Positions 7,666 to 18,025 of a stretch of 53,931 nt of DNA are shown in pieces. Source of the DNA: Myxococcota bacterium (GTDB lineage Bacteria > Myxococcota > Myxococcia > Myxococcales > Myxococcaceae); contig JBMORE010000182.1 of the NCBI GenBank assembly GCA_049322255.1, positions 1-53,931 on the forward strand, in the 5' to 3' direction. Made by a program: the position numbers and the translations under genes. Position 1 is the first letter of the stretch; each line of letters starts with the position of its first letter. The notes beneath the pieces are model-generated. The model was not told the origin of the DNA. It saw only the letters and a program-made list of their open reading frames with translations, and did no database searches.

Positions 7666-9864
7666 CTATTCGGGGGTCAACCACACCACGGCCAGCGGGG
7701 GGAGGGTGAGCACAAGAGAGGCGGGCTGTCCGTCCCACGGCTTCTCCTCGGCGGTGACGCGCCCGAGGTTGCCCACGCCTGAGCCGCCGTACACGGAAGC
7801 GTCGGTGTTGAGGACCTCGAGGTACGCCCCTGCCTTGGGCACGCCGATGCGGTAGTCGGCACGTACCACCGGAGACAAGTTCGCCACGCATACGAGGTAT
7901 CGGCCGGCTTGGGAGCGGCGGAGAAATGCGTAGCAGTTTAAGTCTGCCGCGTCGGCCTGAATCCACTGGAAGCCTTCCGGCGCGAAGTCGAGCTCGTACA
8001 GCGCCGGCTCGGAGTGGTAGCGGTAGTTCAGGTCGGCCACCAGCGTCTGAACGCCGCGTTGCGGCGCATGATCGAGCAGGTGCCAGTCGAGGCTCTTGTC
8101 GTGGCTCCACTCCGCCTCTTGCCCAAGCTCGCCGCCCATGAAGAGCAGCTTCTTGCCCGGGTGGGCCCACATCCACCCGTAGAGCGCGCGTAGGTTGGCC
8201 AGCTTCTGCCAAGAGTCACCGGGCATTTTCCCCAAGAGCGAGCCCTTCCCATGCACCACCTCGTCGTGGCTGAGCGGCAAGACGAAGTGCTCGGTGAAGG
8301 CGTAGAGCAGCCCGAAGGTGAGCTGGTGATGGTGATAGCGGCGAAAGACCGGGTCCTTGGAGCAGTACTGGAGGGTGTCGTGCATCCACCCCATGTTCCA
8401 CTTGAAGGTGAAGCCCAGGCCTCCCTCCGCGGTGGGGCGGCTCACCTTGGGCCAGGCGGTCGACTCCTCGGCGATCGTCACCACGCCCGGATGTTTGCGG
8501 TGCACCACGTCGTTGAGCTCGCGCAAAAAGCCAATCGCTTCCTCGTTCTCTCGACCGCCGAAGCGGTTGGGCACCCATTCACCGGGAGCGCGGCTGTAGT
8601 CGCGGTAGAGCATCGAGGCCACCGCGTCCACCCGAAGGCCGTCGACGTGGTACTCCTCGAGCCAGAAGAGCGCGTTGGCGATGAGGAAGTTGCGCACCTC
8701 GTGGCGGCCGAAGTTGAAGATGAGCGTGCCCCAGTCGGGGTGCGCCCCCTGGCGCGGATCTTGGTGCTCGTACAGCGCAGTGCCGTCGAAGCTTCCCAAC
8801 GCGAAGGCGTCGCGCGGGAAGTGGCCGGGCACCCAGTCGACAATCACCCCGATGCCTTGCTGGTGGAGGTGATCGACGAGATGACGCAAATCGTCAGGGT
8901 GGCCGTAGCGCGCGGTGGGCGCGTAAAAAGCGCCGACTTGGTAACCCCAAGAACCGCCATAGGGGTGTTCAGAAACCGGGAGCAGCTCGACGTGCGTGAA
9001 GCCCATGGCCTTCACGTACTCACCCAACGCCGGCGCCAGCTCGCGGTAGGTGAGCGCGCGGTGGTCCTCCTCGACCCGGCGCCGCCAGGAGCCCAAGTGA
9101 ATTTCGTAGATGGACATCGGGCGATCGAGGGGGTGGGTTTTCTCGCGCTCGGCCATCCACTCCGCGTCGCCCCAGACGTAGTGACCAAGATCGTGGACGA
9201 CGGACGCCGTCTGCGGCGGAACCTCGGTGCGGAAGGCGAACGGGTCGGCCTTGAGCAGCATCGGCCCACCGTGCGAGGGCCGCACCTCGAACTTATAGCG
9301 GGTGCCCTCGGCGATCTCCGGCACGAAGAGCTCCCAGATGCCCGAGGCGCCCATGCGTCTCATCGGGTGAAGCCGGCCGTCCCAGCCGTTGAAGTCGCCC
9401 ACCACCGACACACCCGCGGCGCTGGGAGCCCATACCGCGAACGCCACTCCCGCCACGCCGTGGTGATGCGTCGGGTGCGCGCCGAGCTTCTCCCACAGCC
9501 GCTCATGCTTGCCCTCGCCGGCGAAGTACAGGTCCATCTCTCCCAGCGTGGGCAAGAAGCTGTAGGGATCTCGGAGGACGAAGGTGTTGCCCGCTGGGTA
9601 GCTCACCTCGAGCAGGTAGTCGAACACGTCGTTGCGGCCGTCGATATGCACCTCGAAGATGCCGCCCTTGCGGTGACTCATCGGAAGCTTGCCCCCGAAG
9701 TCGGGCAAGAGCTCGATGCGGCGGGCATCGGGGCGGAAGGCGCGCACCACCACGCCGCGGCCATCGCGGTGCACGCCGAGAACCGCATGGGGGTCGGAGT
9801 GCCGTAGCCCCAGCAGGTTGTCGATTTCCCCTTCGAGGTCTTTGCGCTCCGCTGAGGCCTTCAC
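7666..9864 (-). CDS. glgB: 1,4-alpha-glucan branching enzyme
   Basis: FAVWAP, YEIHLGSW, GSWGYQ, DWVPGHF, GLRVDAVASM, AEEST, SHDEVVHGK; GTG start overlapping upstream stop (GTGA). Confidence 0.97.
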   Translation of the reverse strand: MKASAERKDLEGEIDNLLGLRHSDPHAVLGVHRDGRGVVVRAFRPDARRIELLPDFGGKLPMSHRKGGIFEVHIDGRNDVFDYLLEVSYPAGNTFVLRDPYSFLPTLGEMDLYFAGEGKHERLWEKLGAHPTHHHGVAGVAFAVWAPSAAGVSVVGDFNGWDGRLHPMRRMGASGIWELFVPEIAEGTRYKFEVRPSHGGPMLLKADPFAFRTEVPPQTASVVHDLGHYVWGDAEWMAEREKTHPLDRPMSIYEIHLGSWRRRVEEDHRALTYRELAPALGEYVKAMGFTHVELLPVSEHPYGGSWGYQVGAFYAPTARYGHPDDLRHLVDHLHQQGIGVIVDWVPGHFPRDAFALGSFDGTALYEHQDPRQGAHPDWGTLIFNFGRHEVRNFLIANALFWLEEYHVDGLRVDAVASMLYRDYSRAPGEWVPNRFGGRENEEAIGFLRELNDVVHRKHPGVVTIAEESTAWPKVSRPTAEGGLGFTFKWNMGWMHDTLQYCSKDPVFRRYHHHQLTFGLLYAFTEHFVLPLSHDEVVHGKGSLLGKMPGDSWQKLANLRALYGWMWAHPGKKLLFMGGELGQEAEWSHDKSLDWHLLDHAPQRGVQTLVADLNYRYHSEPALYELDFAPEGFQWIQADAADLNCYAFLRRSQAGRYLVCVANLSPVVRADYRIGVPKAGAYLEVLNTDASVYGGSGVGNLGRVTAEEKPWDGQPASLVLTLPPLAVVWLTPE

Positions 9865-11198
9865 GGTGACACCGCGAGGAGCGTCTGCGCAGGGATTTTC
9901 ACCCAAGAAGGCCGGTTGTGAAGCTCGTAGCGCAGCTCATAGAGCGCCTTGTCCAGCTCGAAAGCGTCGAGCAAGGCCGCGAAGTCGGCCTCCTCGGAAG
10001 GGAGGAAGGCGGCGCCCCTGGTGGCTTTCCGGTAGCCCTCGAGGAAGGCGCGGCGGCAAAGCAGGGCGCGCTGGCCTTTGGGTCGTCCCGCGAGCTCGAC
10101 GGCCGCCTCGGCGTAGGAGAACGAACGGAGCATGCTGGCCACGTCTTTGAGTGGGGAGGTCATCTCTCGGCGTACGGAAAAGCTGCGGCCGGGCTCACCT
10201 TCGAAATCGAAGATGGTCCAGCCTCCCGTGCGGCCGGAGGTGACCAGCACCTGACCGAGGTGGAGATCGCCGTGTACCCGAATCTTCTGCCCCGATGCTT
10301 TCAGGTGAGCCAGCCTTCGGGCGCGCTCGGTGATTGCCGCTCGTCGAGTCGCCAGCTCGGGCACCGCCTTCTCGGCTTCGGAGACCACCACGCCCAACTC
10401 GCCGATGATGGAGGCGCTCCAGCGCTGCAGGTCCTCGGTGCCAATCGGCGTCGGCGCGAAGGCCGGGTCTTTTTCTTCCGAAGAAAGAACGCGGTGCAAG
10501 CTGCCCACGAGCTCGCCCAGCGCCAAAACTCGGGTGAGCACTTCCACGGGCGGCGTGACGAAGGAGCGAAAGGCGCCTTCGATGAAGGCCCACCCATCAC
10601 CTCGGTTGGGGACGAACTCGTGGGCCACCGCGATGGTCGACTCGGCGACCCCGAAGAAGCCCAACGAGCCCAACAGCTTGGGCACCCCTTCGAAGCCCTG
10701 CTGCAAGAGGAAGCGGCCCATCTCGATCTCCGGGTTCAGCCCGCTCTCCAGCTTGCGAATCACCTTGAGAATCACCTTGTCGTCGAAGATGACCGAGGTG
10801 TTGCTCTGCTCCACCGACACCCGCTTCACCGACGGAGCGGGCGGCAGCTCGCTCCATACGGAAGCAGAGCTGGGCTCGCGCTCGCCGCGCAGGGTCCCGC
10901 CTCCCGAGGGCAGCTTTTCCGCGTCGCGAATGAGCCGCAAAAGTCCGCGCGAAAGCTCGTCGTCCTCCAGCGCGTCATGGAACCGGCCCGTAGAGTCGAC
11001 CATTACGGGCAAGAGGTAGCGCTCGGGGTTGCCCAGCTCGTAGGCGACGTCAATCACCCCCAAGGTGAACGAGCCACGGCGGGTCTCCACCTGGGCGTGG
11101 TCGGCGACCGACACCTTCTTGATCGGCCAGGCCTTGCCGGCGAACCATCGACACGACCGAAGGTAGTCGGGCAGCTGCGTCAAGTCGGTGTGCTTCAC
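9861..11198 (-). CDS. Maltokinase (Mak/Pep2-like)
   Basis: [51 protein letters not shown]; position between treS and glgB with GTGA overlap. Confidence 0.9.
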   Translation of the reverse strand: MKHTDLTQLPDYLRSCRWFAGKAWPIKKVSVADHAQVETRRGSFTLGVIDVAYELGNPERYLLPVMVDSTGRFHDALEDDELSRGLLRLIRDAEKLPSGGGTLRGEREPSSASVWSELPPAPSVKRVSVEQSNTSVIFDDKVILKVIRKLESGLNPEIEMGRFLLQQGFEGVPKLLGSLGFFGVAESTIAVAHEFVPNRGDGWAFIEGAFRSFVTPPVEVLTRVLALGELVGSLHRVLSSEEKDPAFAPTPIGTEDLQRWSASIIGELGVVVSEAEKAVPELATRRAAITERARRLAHLKASGQKIRVHGDLHLGQVLVTSGRTGGWTIFDFEGEPGRSFSVRREMTSPLKDVASMLRSFSYAEAAVELAGRPKGQRALLCRRAFLEGYRKATRGAAFLPSEEADFAALLDAFELDKALYELRYELHNRPSWVKIPAQTLLAVSP

Positions 11199-12850
11199 GG
11201 CGCACCTCCATTGCTCACGGCCGGCCGCTCGAGCCGGAACCACAAGAACATGTAGGGCCCCAGTGAAAGCTGGTAGGGGCGTTCGCCGATCGGCGGGAAG
11301 GGGGTCTCCCCCATCAGCTCGACGGGGACACGGCCCGTCCACTCCGACAAGTCGATCTCCGCCGGCTGGGCGTTCGCCGAGAGGTTACCCACCACCAGCA
11401 CGGTGGTGCCCTCGTAGGTGCGCGTGAAGACCAGCACCCGCCTGTTGTCGGCGCTGTGGAAGCGCAAGTCACCCAGGCCGAAGACCGGGTGTGCCTTGCG
11501 CACGGCGATGATCTGCTTCACCCACGCGAGCAGAGAAGTGCTGGTGCGCTCTTGCGCTTCGACGTTGATCGCCTGGAAGCCATAGACCGGGTCGACGATC
11601 ACCGGCGCGTAGAGCGCCGCCGCGTCGGCACGGGAAAACCCGGCGTTGCGGTCGCTCGTCCACTGCATGGGCGTGCGCACCCCGTTGCGATCGCCCAGGT
11701 ACACGTTGTCGCCCATGCCAAGCTCGTCGCCGTAGTACATCACCGGCGTGCCGGGCAGGCTGAAGAGCAAGGAGTGCATCAGCTCGATGCGCCGCCGGCC
11801 GTTGTCCATCAGCGGAGCGAGGCGCCGGCGAATGCCGAGGTTTAAGCGCATGCGCCGATCCTTGGCGTACTCCCGGTACATGTAGTCGCGATCTTCGTCG
11901 GTGACCATCTCCAGCGTCAGCTCATCGTGGTTGCGCAAGAAGATCGCCCACTGACAGTTGGGGGGAATCTCCGGTGTCTGCTGCATGATTTCGACGATCG
12001 GCCGGCGCTCCTCGCGGCGCAGACCCATGAACAGGCGAGGCATCACCGGGAAGTGGAACCCCATGTGAAACTCGTCGCCCTCGCCGAAGTACACGCGCAC
12101 GTCGGAGGGCCACTGGTTGGCCTCGGCGAGCAGCACCCGCCCGGGAAACTCGGCGTCCATCAGGGCGCGAATGCGCTTCAAGTACGCGTGGGTCTCGGGG
12201 AGGTTCTCGCAGTTGGTTCCCTCCCGCTCGAAGAGGTAGGGCACGGCATCGACCCGGAAGCCATCGACCCCCAGGGAGAGCCAGAACCGCAAGACGTTGA
12301 ACATCTCCTCTTGGACCGCGGGGTTGTCGTAGTTGAGGTCTGGCTGGTGGGAGAAGAAGCGATGCCAGAAGTACTGCTTGGCCACCGGGTCCCACGTCCA
12401 GTTCGACTTCTCGGTGTCGGTGAAGATGACGCGCGCGCCTCGGTAGCGATCGTCGGTGTCGCTCCAGACGTAGTAGGCGCGCTTGGGGCTGCTCGGGTCG
12501 CTGCGTGCCTCGATGAACCAGGGGTGCTGATCGGAGGTGTGGTTCACCACCAGCTCGGTGAGAATGCGCAAGCCCCTCCGGTGCGCCTCGTCCACCAGCC
12601 GCTTGAAGTCCTCGAGCGTCCCGTAGTCGGGGTGAATGCTGTAGTAGTCGGCGATGTCGTAGCCGTCGTCGCGTAAGGGCGAGGGGTACATGGGCAACAA
12701 CCACAGACAGTCGACTCCCAGCGATTCGAGGTAAGGAAGCTTCTCGATGAGCCCGCGGAGGTCGCCGATGCCGTCGCCGTTCGAGTCGTAGAAGGCGCGG
12801 ACGTGCAGCTCGTAGATGATGGCCTTCTTGAACCAGAGAGGGTCTGGCAC
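11195..12850 (-). CDS. treS: Trehalose synthase (maltose alpha-D-glucosyltransferase)
   Basis: [62 protein letters not shown]; start GTG 12850 or TTG 12856. Confidence 0.96.
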   Translation of the reverse strand: MPDPLWFKKAIIYELHVRAFYDSNGDGIGDLRGLIEKLPYLESLGVDCLWLLPMYPSPLRDDGYDIADYYSIHPDYGTLEDFKRLVDEAHRRGLRILTELVVNHTSDQHPWFIEARSDPSSPKRAYYVWSDTDDRYRGARVIFTDTEKSNWTWDPVAKQYFWHRFFSHQPDLNYDNPAVQEEMFNVLRFWLSLGVDGFRVDAVPYLFEREGTNCENLPETHAYLKRIRALMDAEFPGRVLLAEANQWPSDVRVYFGEGDEFHMGFHFPVMPRLFMGLRREERRPIVEIMQQTPEIPPNCQWAIFLRNHDELTLEMVTDEDRDYMYREYAKDRRMRLNLGIRRRLAPLMDNGRRRIELMHSLLFSLPGTPVMYYGDELGMGDNVYLGDRNGVRTPMQWTSDRNAGFSRADAAALYAPVIVDPVYGFQAINVEAQERTSTSLLAWVKQIIAVRKAHPVFGLGDLRFHSADNRRVLVFTRTYEGTTVLVVGNLSANAQPAEIDLSEWTGRVPVELMGETPFPPIGERPYQLSLGPYMFLWFRLERPAVSNGGAP

Positions 12851-12873
12851 GCTCAACCGGTCAGAAGGGCTCG

Positions 12874-13065
12874 TCAGGCCGGCTGCTTGTGTTTGTAAAA
12901 GAAAATGAGCGAATAGCAGTGGAACTCGTTGTCGCTCGATTGGCAGACGACCTTGTCGACGATCTCCAGGTCGGCGTTGCTCTTCAGCCAACGGGTGACG
13001 TTGTCGCTGAGCTCCTCGCGCTCCTTGGCCTTGGTCGCCGAGAAGACTTTCACCCCCGTAAACAT
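12874..13065 (-). CDS. Small hypothetical protein (63 aa)
   Basis: Strong RBS GAGGAGG before ATG 13065; protein-like composition; directly upstream of treS. Confidence 0.8.
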   Translation of the reverse strand: MFTGVKVFSATKAKEREELSDNVTRWLKSNADLEIVDKVVCQSSDNEFHCYSLIFFYKHKQPA

Positions 13066-13193
13066 CGTCGCCCTCCTCAAACGGTTGCCGTGCGGGCTTA
13101 TTGCACGTGTCCGTTCTGTCTGTAAAGACGTCCGCCTGTCCTCTCGCCGGTCGATGCATAGCTTGAAGCGGCTGCCATAGGGAGGGGACGAAG

Positions 13194-13463
13194 GTGGACA
13201 TCAAGTCGAAGAAGGATCTTGCGGTCGAGTTCATCAACCTGATCCGCACGATGGACTCGGCCCAGCTCAACACGCTGATCGTCAAGGAAGCGGGCGAGGA
13301 TCTGGCCCAGTTCTTTCTCACGTACAGCGCCAACCTCATTTCCAAAGACCCCGCGCGGGTGCTGGAAAACACCTCCTCGCTGATGCTGATGGGCTACCTC
13401 ATTCGTCAGAACGAGGAACGCGTTGCGGCCAAGCCGGGTCTTCAGGGGTACGCCTTCGCCTGA
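13194..13463 (+). CDS. Small helical hypothetical protein
   Basis: GGAGG RBS before GTG, genome-typical codon usage. Confidence 0.75.
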   Translation: MDIKSKKDLAVEFINLIRTMDSAQLNTLIVKEAGEDLAQFFLTYSANLISKDPARVLENTSSLMLMGYLIRQNEERVAAKPGLQGYAFA

Positions 13464-13514
13464 CGCGAACCTGCTTGGCGCCCAAGACGTGCCTTGGTAG
13501 GAACCGTAAAACCC

Positions 13515-14240
13515 ATGCTGATCGACCTGCACGCCCACAGCCACTTGTCGAAAGACTGCGACCTCGATCCGATGGCGGTCCTCGAGCGAGCGGCCAGCCA
13601 TGGGCTCGACGGAGTGGCGTTCACCGAGACCAACACTCAAGACGGCTGCGACGAGCTGTTCGAGCTGCAAGCAAAGACCAAGCTGAAAATCTTCGTCGGC
13701 CTCGAGCTGGTCACCGACAAGGGCCAGTACCTCTGTTTTTTTCCCCGGCCCGAGCTCGCCCCCGAGCCTGTGCAGCTGTGGGGCAGCAACCGGGAGAAGC
13801 CCTGGAGCGCGGCGGAGTGTCTGCCCAAGGTGAAGTCCTTGGGAGCGGCGATCGTGGCTGCCCGGCCCTACGACCGCGACTTCCCCAACCCGGCGGGTGA
13901 CTTCCTTCTGACGCTCAACCTGCTCTCGGCGGTCGAGGGCTACAACCCCAAGGTACGGCAGACGGCCAACGAGCTCGCCGTCGAGGCGGCCGAGACGCTG
14001 CGGCTGCCGTGCGTGGGTGGCAGCGATGCGCGCGGATCGCTCGACGAGGTGGGGCGCGGAGCGACGCTGTTTAGGCGCGACGTCTCCTCCCAGGCCGATC
14101 TGATTTCAGCGCTGTCCGACGGGCAGTGCTGGGCGGTGCAGATGGGAGAGCTTCCGCGGCTCACCCGGCCAGGCGAAGCACGCGAGGCGGAGAAGAAGGG
14201 CGGCCGAGGCAAGCGCCGTTTCAGAGATCGCAGGCGCTAG
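13515..14240 (+). CDS. PHP-domain metal-dependent phosphoesterase-like protein
   Basis: MLIDLHAHS, GLDGVAFTE, GLEL, VEGYN, GGSDAR; several usual His ligands appear substituted. Confidence 0.85.
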   Translation: MLIDLHAHSHLSKDCDLDPMAVLERAASHGLDGVAFTETNTQDGCDELFELQAKTKLKIFVGLELVTDKGQYLCFFPRPELAPEPVQLWGSNREKPWSAAECLPKVKSLGAAIVAARPYDRDFPNPAGDFLLTLNLLSAVEGYNPKVRQTANELAVEAAETLRLPCVGGSDARGSLDEVGRGATLFRRDVSSQADLISALSDGQCWAVQMGELPRLTRPGEAREAEKKGGRGKRRFRDRRR

Positions 14241-14950
14241 TTTTCTTCGCCCGCAAGCCTCACCACCCGGCCTTCGGTGAGGTACGCCGTGCGTTTGCCG
14301 CCGGGATAGGCCCACTCCTCGTTTTTCACCGACTCCTCGAAGCGAATCCGCTTTCGCTCCGGGTAACCCCAGGCCATCTCCAGCGCCTCGGCGGGCATGT
14401 CCAGCGTGGCGCTTTTGCCTCGAATGGCTTCGCGCACAGCCTCCGTCCAACCCGCCAGCAGCGGCGCGAGGTCTTCATGGGCGAGGTAGCGCTCGAGCTC
14501 GGCGAGAAACTCCTGCTCGTCCTTGATGTGCGGCCGCAAGACGAGCACGAGTGGTACTTCCTGAGGGTGCCCTTCGACCTCGAGGTAGACCCAAGGCTGG
14601 GTGCGCGGGGTGTAGACGACGCGCTCGGCGATCACCCATGCGGTGGGAAACTCGACTTTCGTGATGCGGGCCCGGGTGCCGGCAGGGAGAATCTTCTCCA
14701 CCTTGCCTGGGTTCACCGGATCGCCGTTGGGGTGGTTGAGCAGCCGCACCTCGCCCGGCGGCACCGGCGTGAGGAGCCGCTTCGACGCGTCGCCGAAGAA
14801 GGGGGTGACGTAGTAGGACAGGCGCAGGTACTTGTCCCGGTTCTTCCCGGTGAGGTCTCGCTCGAGGGCGCCTCGTTGTTCGGTGGGGATGAGGGCGTGC
14901 GAGGCGCAGCCGCAGAGGGCGAGGAAGGCGGCGGTGATGAGGCTTCGCAT
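14237..14950 (-). CDS. Lipoprotein, hypothetical
   Basis: MRSLITAAFLALCGC lipobox; C-terminal M...EMAWGYP...EEWAY segment resembling a SmpA/BamE-like module. Confidence 0.75.
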   Translation of the reverse strand: MRSLITAAFLALCGCASHALIPTEQRGALERDLTGKNRDKYLRLSYYVTPFFGDASKRLLTPVPPGEVRLLNHPNGDPVNPGKVEKILPAGTRARITKVEFPTAWVIAERVVYTPRTQPWVYLEVEGHPQEVPLVLVLRPHIKDEQEFLAELERYLAHEDLAPLLAGWTEAVREAIRGKSATLDMPAEALEMAWGYPERKRIRFEESVKNEEWAYPGGKRTAYLTEGRVVRLAGEEN

Positions 14951-15510
14951 CAGAACGACCAGGCAAAGACACGCGTGGTGGTCGCCGGCTCCTCTTTCCC
15001 CCAAGTGGAGGCGAAGCGCACCGCTCGCTCCCGGGTGCGCTCGATGAGGCGTGGCCCTCCCGCTTCGGCGTAGGCGTCGAGGCCTTGAATGATGTGCGAG
15101 GCCAAGAAAGCGAGCCAGAGGAAGGGGAAGCGCACCCAAAAGGTGAAGACACTGGCGGCGGCGAGAATGGCGATGTCGATGATGAGAAAAAGCACGAACC
15201 CGTCACGGTCCTGCGCCACCAGGTGTCCGATGCCAAAGCCGATGATCAGCCCCAAGAGAAGGGCGAGGATCTGCCGGTTTTCTCCCGAGACGCCACCCCC
15301 ACTGTCCAGCGGCGTCGGCAGGCCCTGGCGGTCGAAGCGCAGGCCGTCGGTGAGTCGCAGCGCCGAGGACTGGGAAGGCTGGTAGGTGGCCTCCAGCTGC
15401 TCGCCATCGAGGAGACTCGCCTTTCGCTCGGGGTTTGTCGTGAGTGAGACGCCGCCGCCGGCGAGGGCGGGAGCAGCACAGAGCAAGAGCGCGATGGGTA
15501 GGGGTGTCAT
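14950..15510 (-). CDS. Membrane protein with signal peptide and TM2-like hairpin
   Basis: GGAGG RBS, signal peptide, LALLLGLIIGFGIGHL plus further hydrophobic segments; TGATG coupling to next gene. Confidence 0.7.
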   Translation of the reverse strand: MTPLPIALLLCAAPALAGGGVSLTTNPERKASLLDGEQLEATYQPSQSSALRLTDGLRFDRQGLPTPLDSGGGVSGENRQILALLLGLIIGFGIGHLVAQDRDGFVLFLIIDIAILAAASVFTFWVRFPFLWLAFLASHIIQGLDAYAEAGGPRLIERTRERAVRFASTWGKEEPATTTRVFAWSF

Positions 15511-15537
15511 GAGAACCTCCGAAAGGGTGTTTCTAGC

Positions 15538-15732
15538 TCATCTGCGCTGGTCGTCGAGCAGCGACAGCTGCCGCTGACGATCGAGGCAGCCGCGCCCGGG
15601 AGGGCACACCGGCCCGCGTCCGTCAGGGTCGGCGACCAGGAGAAACCGCCCAAAGCTCACCGCCTCGGCCAGCTCGACCTGCCCGCACAGCGCGCAGCGG
15701 CGACGGCGACCCTTCGCGGGAGGAAATGGCAT
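15538..15732 (-). CDS. Small putative zinc-binding protein (64 aa)
   Basis: CALC...CPPGRGC, AGGA upstream of start, fills the gap between co-oriented genes. Confidence 0.5.
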   Translation of the reverse strand: MPFPPAKGRRRRCALCGQVELAEAVSFGRFLLVADPDGRGPVCPPGRGCLDRQRQLSLLDDQRR

Positions 15733-15779
15733 CACGCCAATCCTCGCCCGGGAAGAGGGCGTGCGCGAGTTTTCGACCG

Positions 15780-16097
15780 CTACTTCTCCGGCTTGCTCGG
15801 AGTGGAGGGAGCGCTCGCCGCCGACGTCGACGTGCTCGTATTCGCGGCGGCCGACTCTTTGGGCTTGTTCTCGGAGGGCTTGGCCGCCGCCTCCTTGGCT
15901 CCTTCCTTCTTGGTCGAGCTGTAGAGGTCCGAGTACCAGCCTCCTCCCTTGAGAACGAAGCTGGTGCGGCTGACCACACGGGTGAGGGTGCCTGGAGCGC
16001 TGCAGTTTTCGCACTGAGGAGGGGGCGGATCGTCGACCTTCTGGAGCACGTCCACCACGTTTCCGCACTGCTGACAGCTGTATTCGTAGATCGGCAT
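15780..16097 (-). CDS. FmdB-family zinc-ribbon protein
   Basis: MPIYEYSCQQCG...CENC...SFVLKGGGWYSDLY signature with low-complexity tail. Confidence 0.92.
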   Translation of the reverse strand: MPIYEYSCQQCGNVVDVLQKVDDPPPPQCENCSAPGTLTRVVSRTSFVLKGGGWYSDLYSSTKKEGAKEAAAKPSENKPKESAAANTSTSTSAASAPSTPSKPEK

Positions 16098-16173
16098 GCG
16101 TTTCTACCCACGAACCGCAAAACCCTCGTCTTGCGATGGGGTTGCCTCTATCTTCCCTTTCGAACGGGTGTCA

Positions 16174-16731
16174 ATGAGCGACGACCAGACTCCACACGTG
16201 GGCTCCGTGCGTGCCGGCCCGGCGGTGGCGGCCGTACTCTACGCGCTCTTGGTCGGCTCGGCGGTGCTCGCGTTGTGGGTACGAAACTTCCCCGGCAAGG
16301 TGCCTGCCCACCTCGAAGCCGCCGCGCCTTGGGTCTTTTTGGTCTTCATCATCTGCTTTGCTCTCTACCGCTGGTCGCTCATGCGGGCGAAGAAGTACCC
16401 GGCGGCCAAGGCGTTCTTCCAGGTGGGCGTGGCGGTGCTCTTCTTCATGTTGCTCCTTCCCCAAGGAAGGCCGAGCGGCGAGGCGGCCGGCGACGAGGTG
16501 GAGGCGCTCCTTTCCAGCACCACTCCCCAGGTGCGAGCGTTGGCAGCCGAGGTGGCGCGCTACCGGCCGGACGGGAGGAAGTACGGGAAAGCCTTGGTCA
16601 AGGCGCTGGAAGACCGGGAGCCCAGGGTTCGGCAGGAGGCGCACCGCTCGCTGGTCGCCCTGGCGGGAGAGGATGTCGGCGGCCCGGACGACGAGGGGGC
16701 GATCGAAAAATGGTCGGAGAAGTTTCGGTGA
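16174..16731 (+). CDS. Membrane protein with C-terminal HEAT repeats
   Basis: Three hydrophobic segments, then PQVRALAA and ALEDREPRVRQEA HEAT-like repeats. Confidence 0.75.
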   Translation: MSDDQTPHVGSVRAGPAVAAVLYALLVGSAVLALWVRNFPGKVPAHLEAAAPWVFLVFIICFALYRWSLMRAKKYPAAKAFFQVGVAVLFFMLLLPQGRPSGEAAGDEVEALLSSTTPQVRALAAEVARYRPDGRKYGKALVKALEDREPRVRQEAHRSLVALAGEDVGGPDDEGAIEKWSEKFR

Positions 16732-17189
16732 GCGACGAGAACCTGGCGAGCAAGGAAGAGGTGCTCAGCCGCTACATGGCCGAGCGCGGGCTGAAGAATA
16801 CCCGCCAGCGCAACCTGATCATCGACACCTTCTTCGAGGTTGGCGGCCACCTCTCCGTCGAAGAGCTGTGGTCGAAGGTCCGCTCGCAGGACCATAAAGT
16901 CTCGGTGGCCACGGTGTACCGCACGATGAAGCTGCTCTCGGACTGCGGGCTCGCCCACGCGCGCAACTTCGGCGACGGGCAGACCCGCTACGAGGCCGCC
17001 GTCGGTCGCCACCACCACGACCACCTCATCTGCACTCGCTGCGGAACGATCGTCGAGTTCGAGAACGACCGCATCGAGGCGTTGCAAGACGCGGTGGCGC
17101 GCAAGCACGGATTTCGGGTCGTCTCCCACAAGATGGAGATCTACGGGCTGTGCAGGCTCTGCCAGCGCGCGGTGGACGGGACAGGGTGA
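16728..17189 (+). CDS. fur: Fur-family transcriptional repressor
   Basis: GLKNTRQR, HLSVEEL, VSVATVYRTM, HHHDHLICTRCG, GLCRLC; GTGA overlap. Confidence 0.92.
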   Translation: MSDENLASKEEVLSRYMAERGLKNTRQRNLIIDTFFEVGGHLSVEELWSKVRSQDHKVSVATVYRTMKLLSDCGLAHARNFGDGQTRYEAAVGRHHHDHLICTRCGTIVEFENDRIEALQDAVARKHGFRVVSHKMEIYGLCRLCQRAVDGTG

Positions 17190-17683
17190 AGCCCCTTGTC
17201 GTCGGTGCGTTCTTGGCGCTCGGCTGCGCGCACGGGCCCGCCTCATTGCCCGCGGGGCCACACCCCTACACCGCGCTTCGACTTCCGGCCACGCGGGGCG
17301 GCGCCTTCTCTCCCACGCAGCTGCGGGGCAAGGTGGTGCTGGTCGCCTTCTTGGCCTCGTGGTGCTTCCCCTGTCTGGCCGACCTCACCGTGCTGGGCCA
17401 GCTGCAAGAAAGGCACGCGGCCCGAGGCTTCACCGTGGTGGCGGTGGGCATGGATCTCGAAGGTGAGCGGGTTCTCGCGCCGTTCACCGAGCAGTACGCG
17501 CCGGCCTTCCCGGTGCTGATCGCCGATCCGCGCCTGCGCGAGGGGAAAAGTCCCTTCGGCCCCATCCGCGCGCTGCCGACGTACTTCCTCTTCGATCGTC
17601 AGGGGCAAGGGGTGCTCGCCTACCAAGGCGTGGCTGCTCCCAAGGACTTGCTCCGGGTGGTGCAAGAGGTGGTCGAGCGCTGA
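17186..17683 (+). CDS. TlpA/ResA-family thioredoxin-like lipoprotein
   Basis: Lipobox ALGC, LRGKVVLVAFLASWCFPC, ALPTYFLFDRQG. Confidence 0.88.
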   Translation: MKPLVVGAFLALGCAHGPASLPAGPHPYTALRLPATRGGAFSPTQLRGKVVLVAFLASWCFPCLADLTVLGQLQERHAARGFTVVAVGMDLEGERVLAPFTEQYAPAFPVLIADPRLREGKSPFGPIRALPTYFLFDRQGQGVLAYQGVAAPKDLLRVVQEVVER

Positions 17684-17747
17684 TGCGCTACAGACCTGAA
17701 GCCTTTTCTTGAAAGCCCGCCCGGCGCTGATACCGTTGAAGCCGTCC

Positions 17748-18023
17748 ATGACGCGACGGCGAAAGCTCCTTTGGACGGCGGTGGGGGTCGCGGGGGCGCT
17801 CGCTGTTTTCTCCGCCGCCGACGCGCGGGGGTTTCGGCGCTACCTGCGCCTGCAAAGAGAAATCGTCGCCCTCGCCGAGAGCAACCGTCATACGGCGGCG
17901 AAGAACCGGGCGATGGTCCAAGAGATTGAGTCACTGCGCTCCGACCGACGCGCGCTCGAGCGGGCCGCCCGCGAAGAGCTGGGGTTCGTCCGTCCGGGAG
18001 AGCTGGTTCTCACCGTGGAGTGA
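17748..18023 (+). CDS. ftsB: Cell division protein FtsB/DivIC family
   Basis: Single TM, coiled coil, LERAAREELGFVRPGE signature. Confidence 0.88.
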   Translation: MTRRRKLLWTAVGVAGALAVFSAADARGFRRYLRLQREIVALAESNRHTAAKNRAMVQEIESLRSDRRALERAAREELGFVRPGELVLTVE

Positions 18024-18025
18024 GC

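Noticed and set aside
8251..12676. Long antisense ORFs opposite glgB, mak and treS (and similar ones throughout the window)
   Set aside because: Expected shadows of high-GC codon bias; no motifs or RBS
12851..13372. N-terminal extension of TreS in the ORF track
   Set aside because: Overlaps two better-supported small genes; TreS similarity begins at DPLWFK
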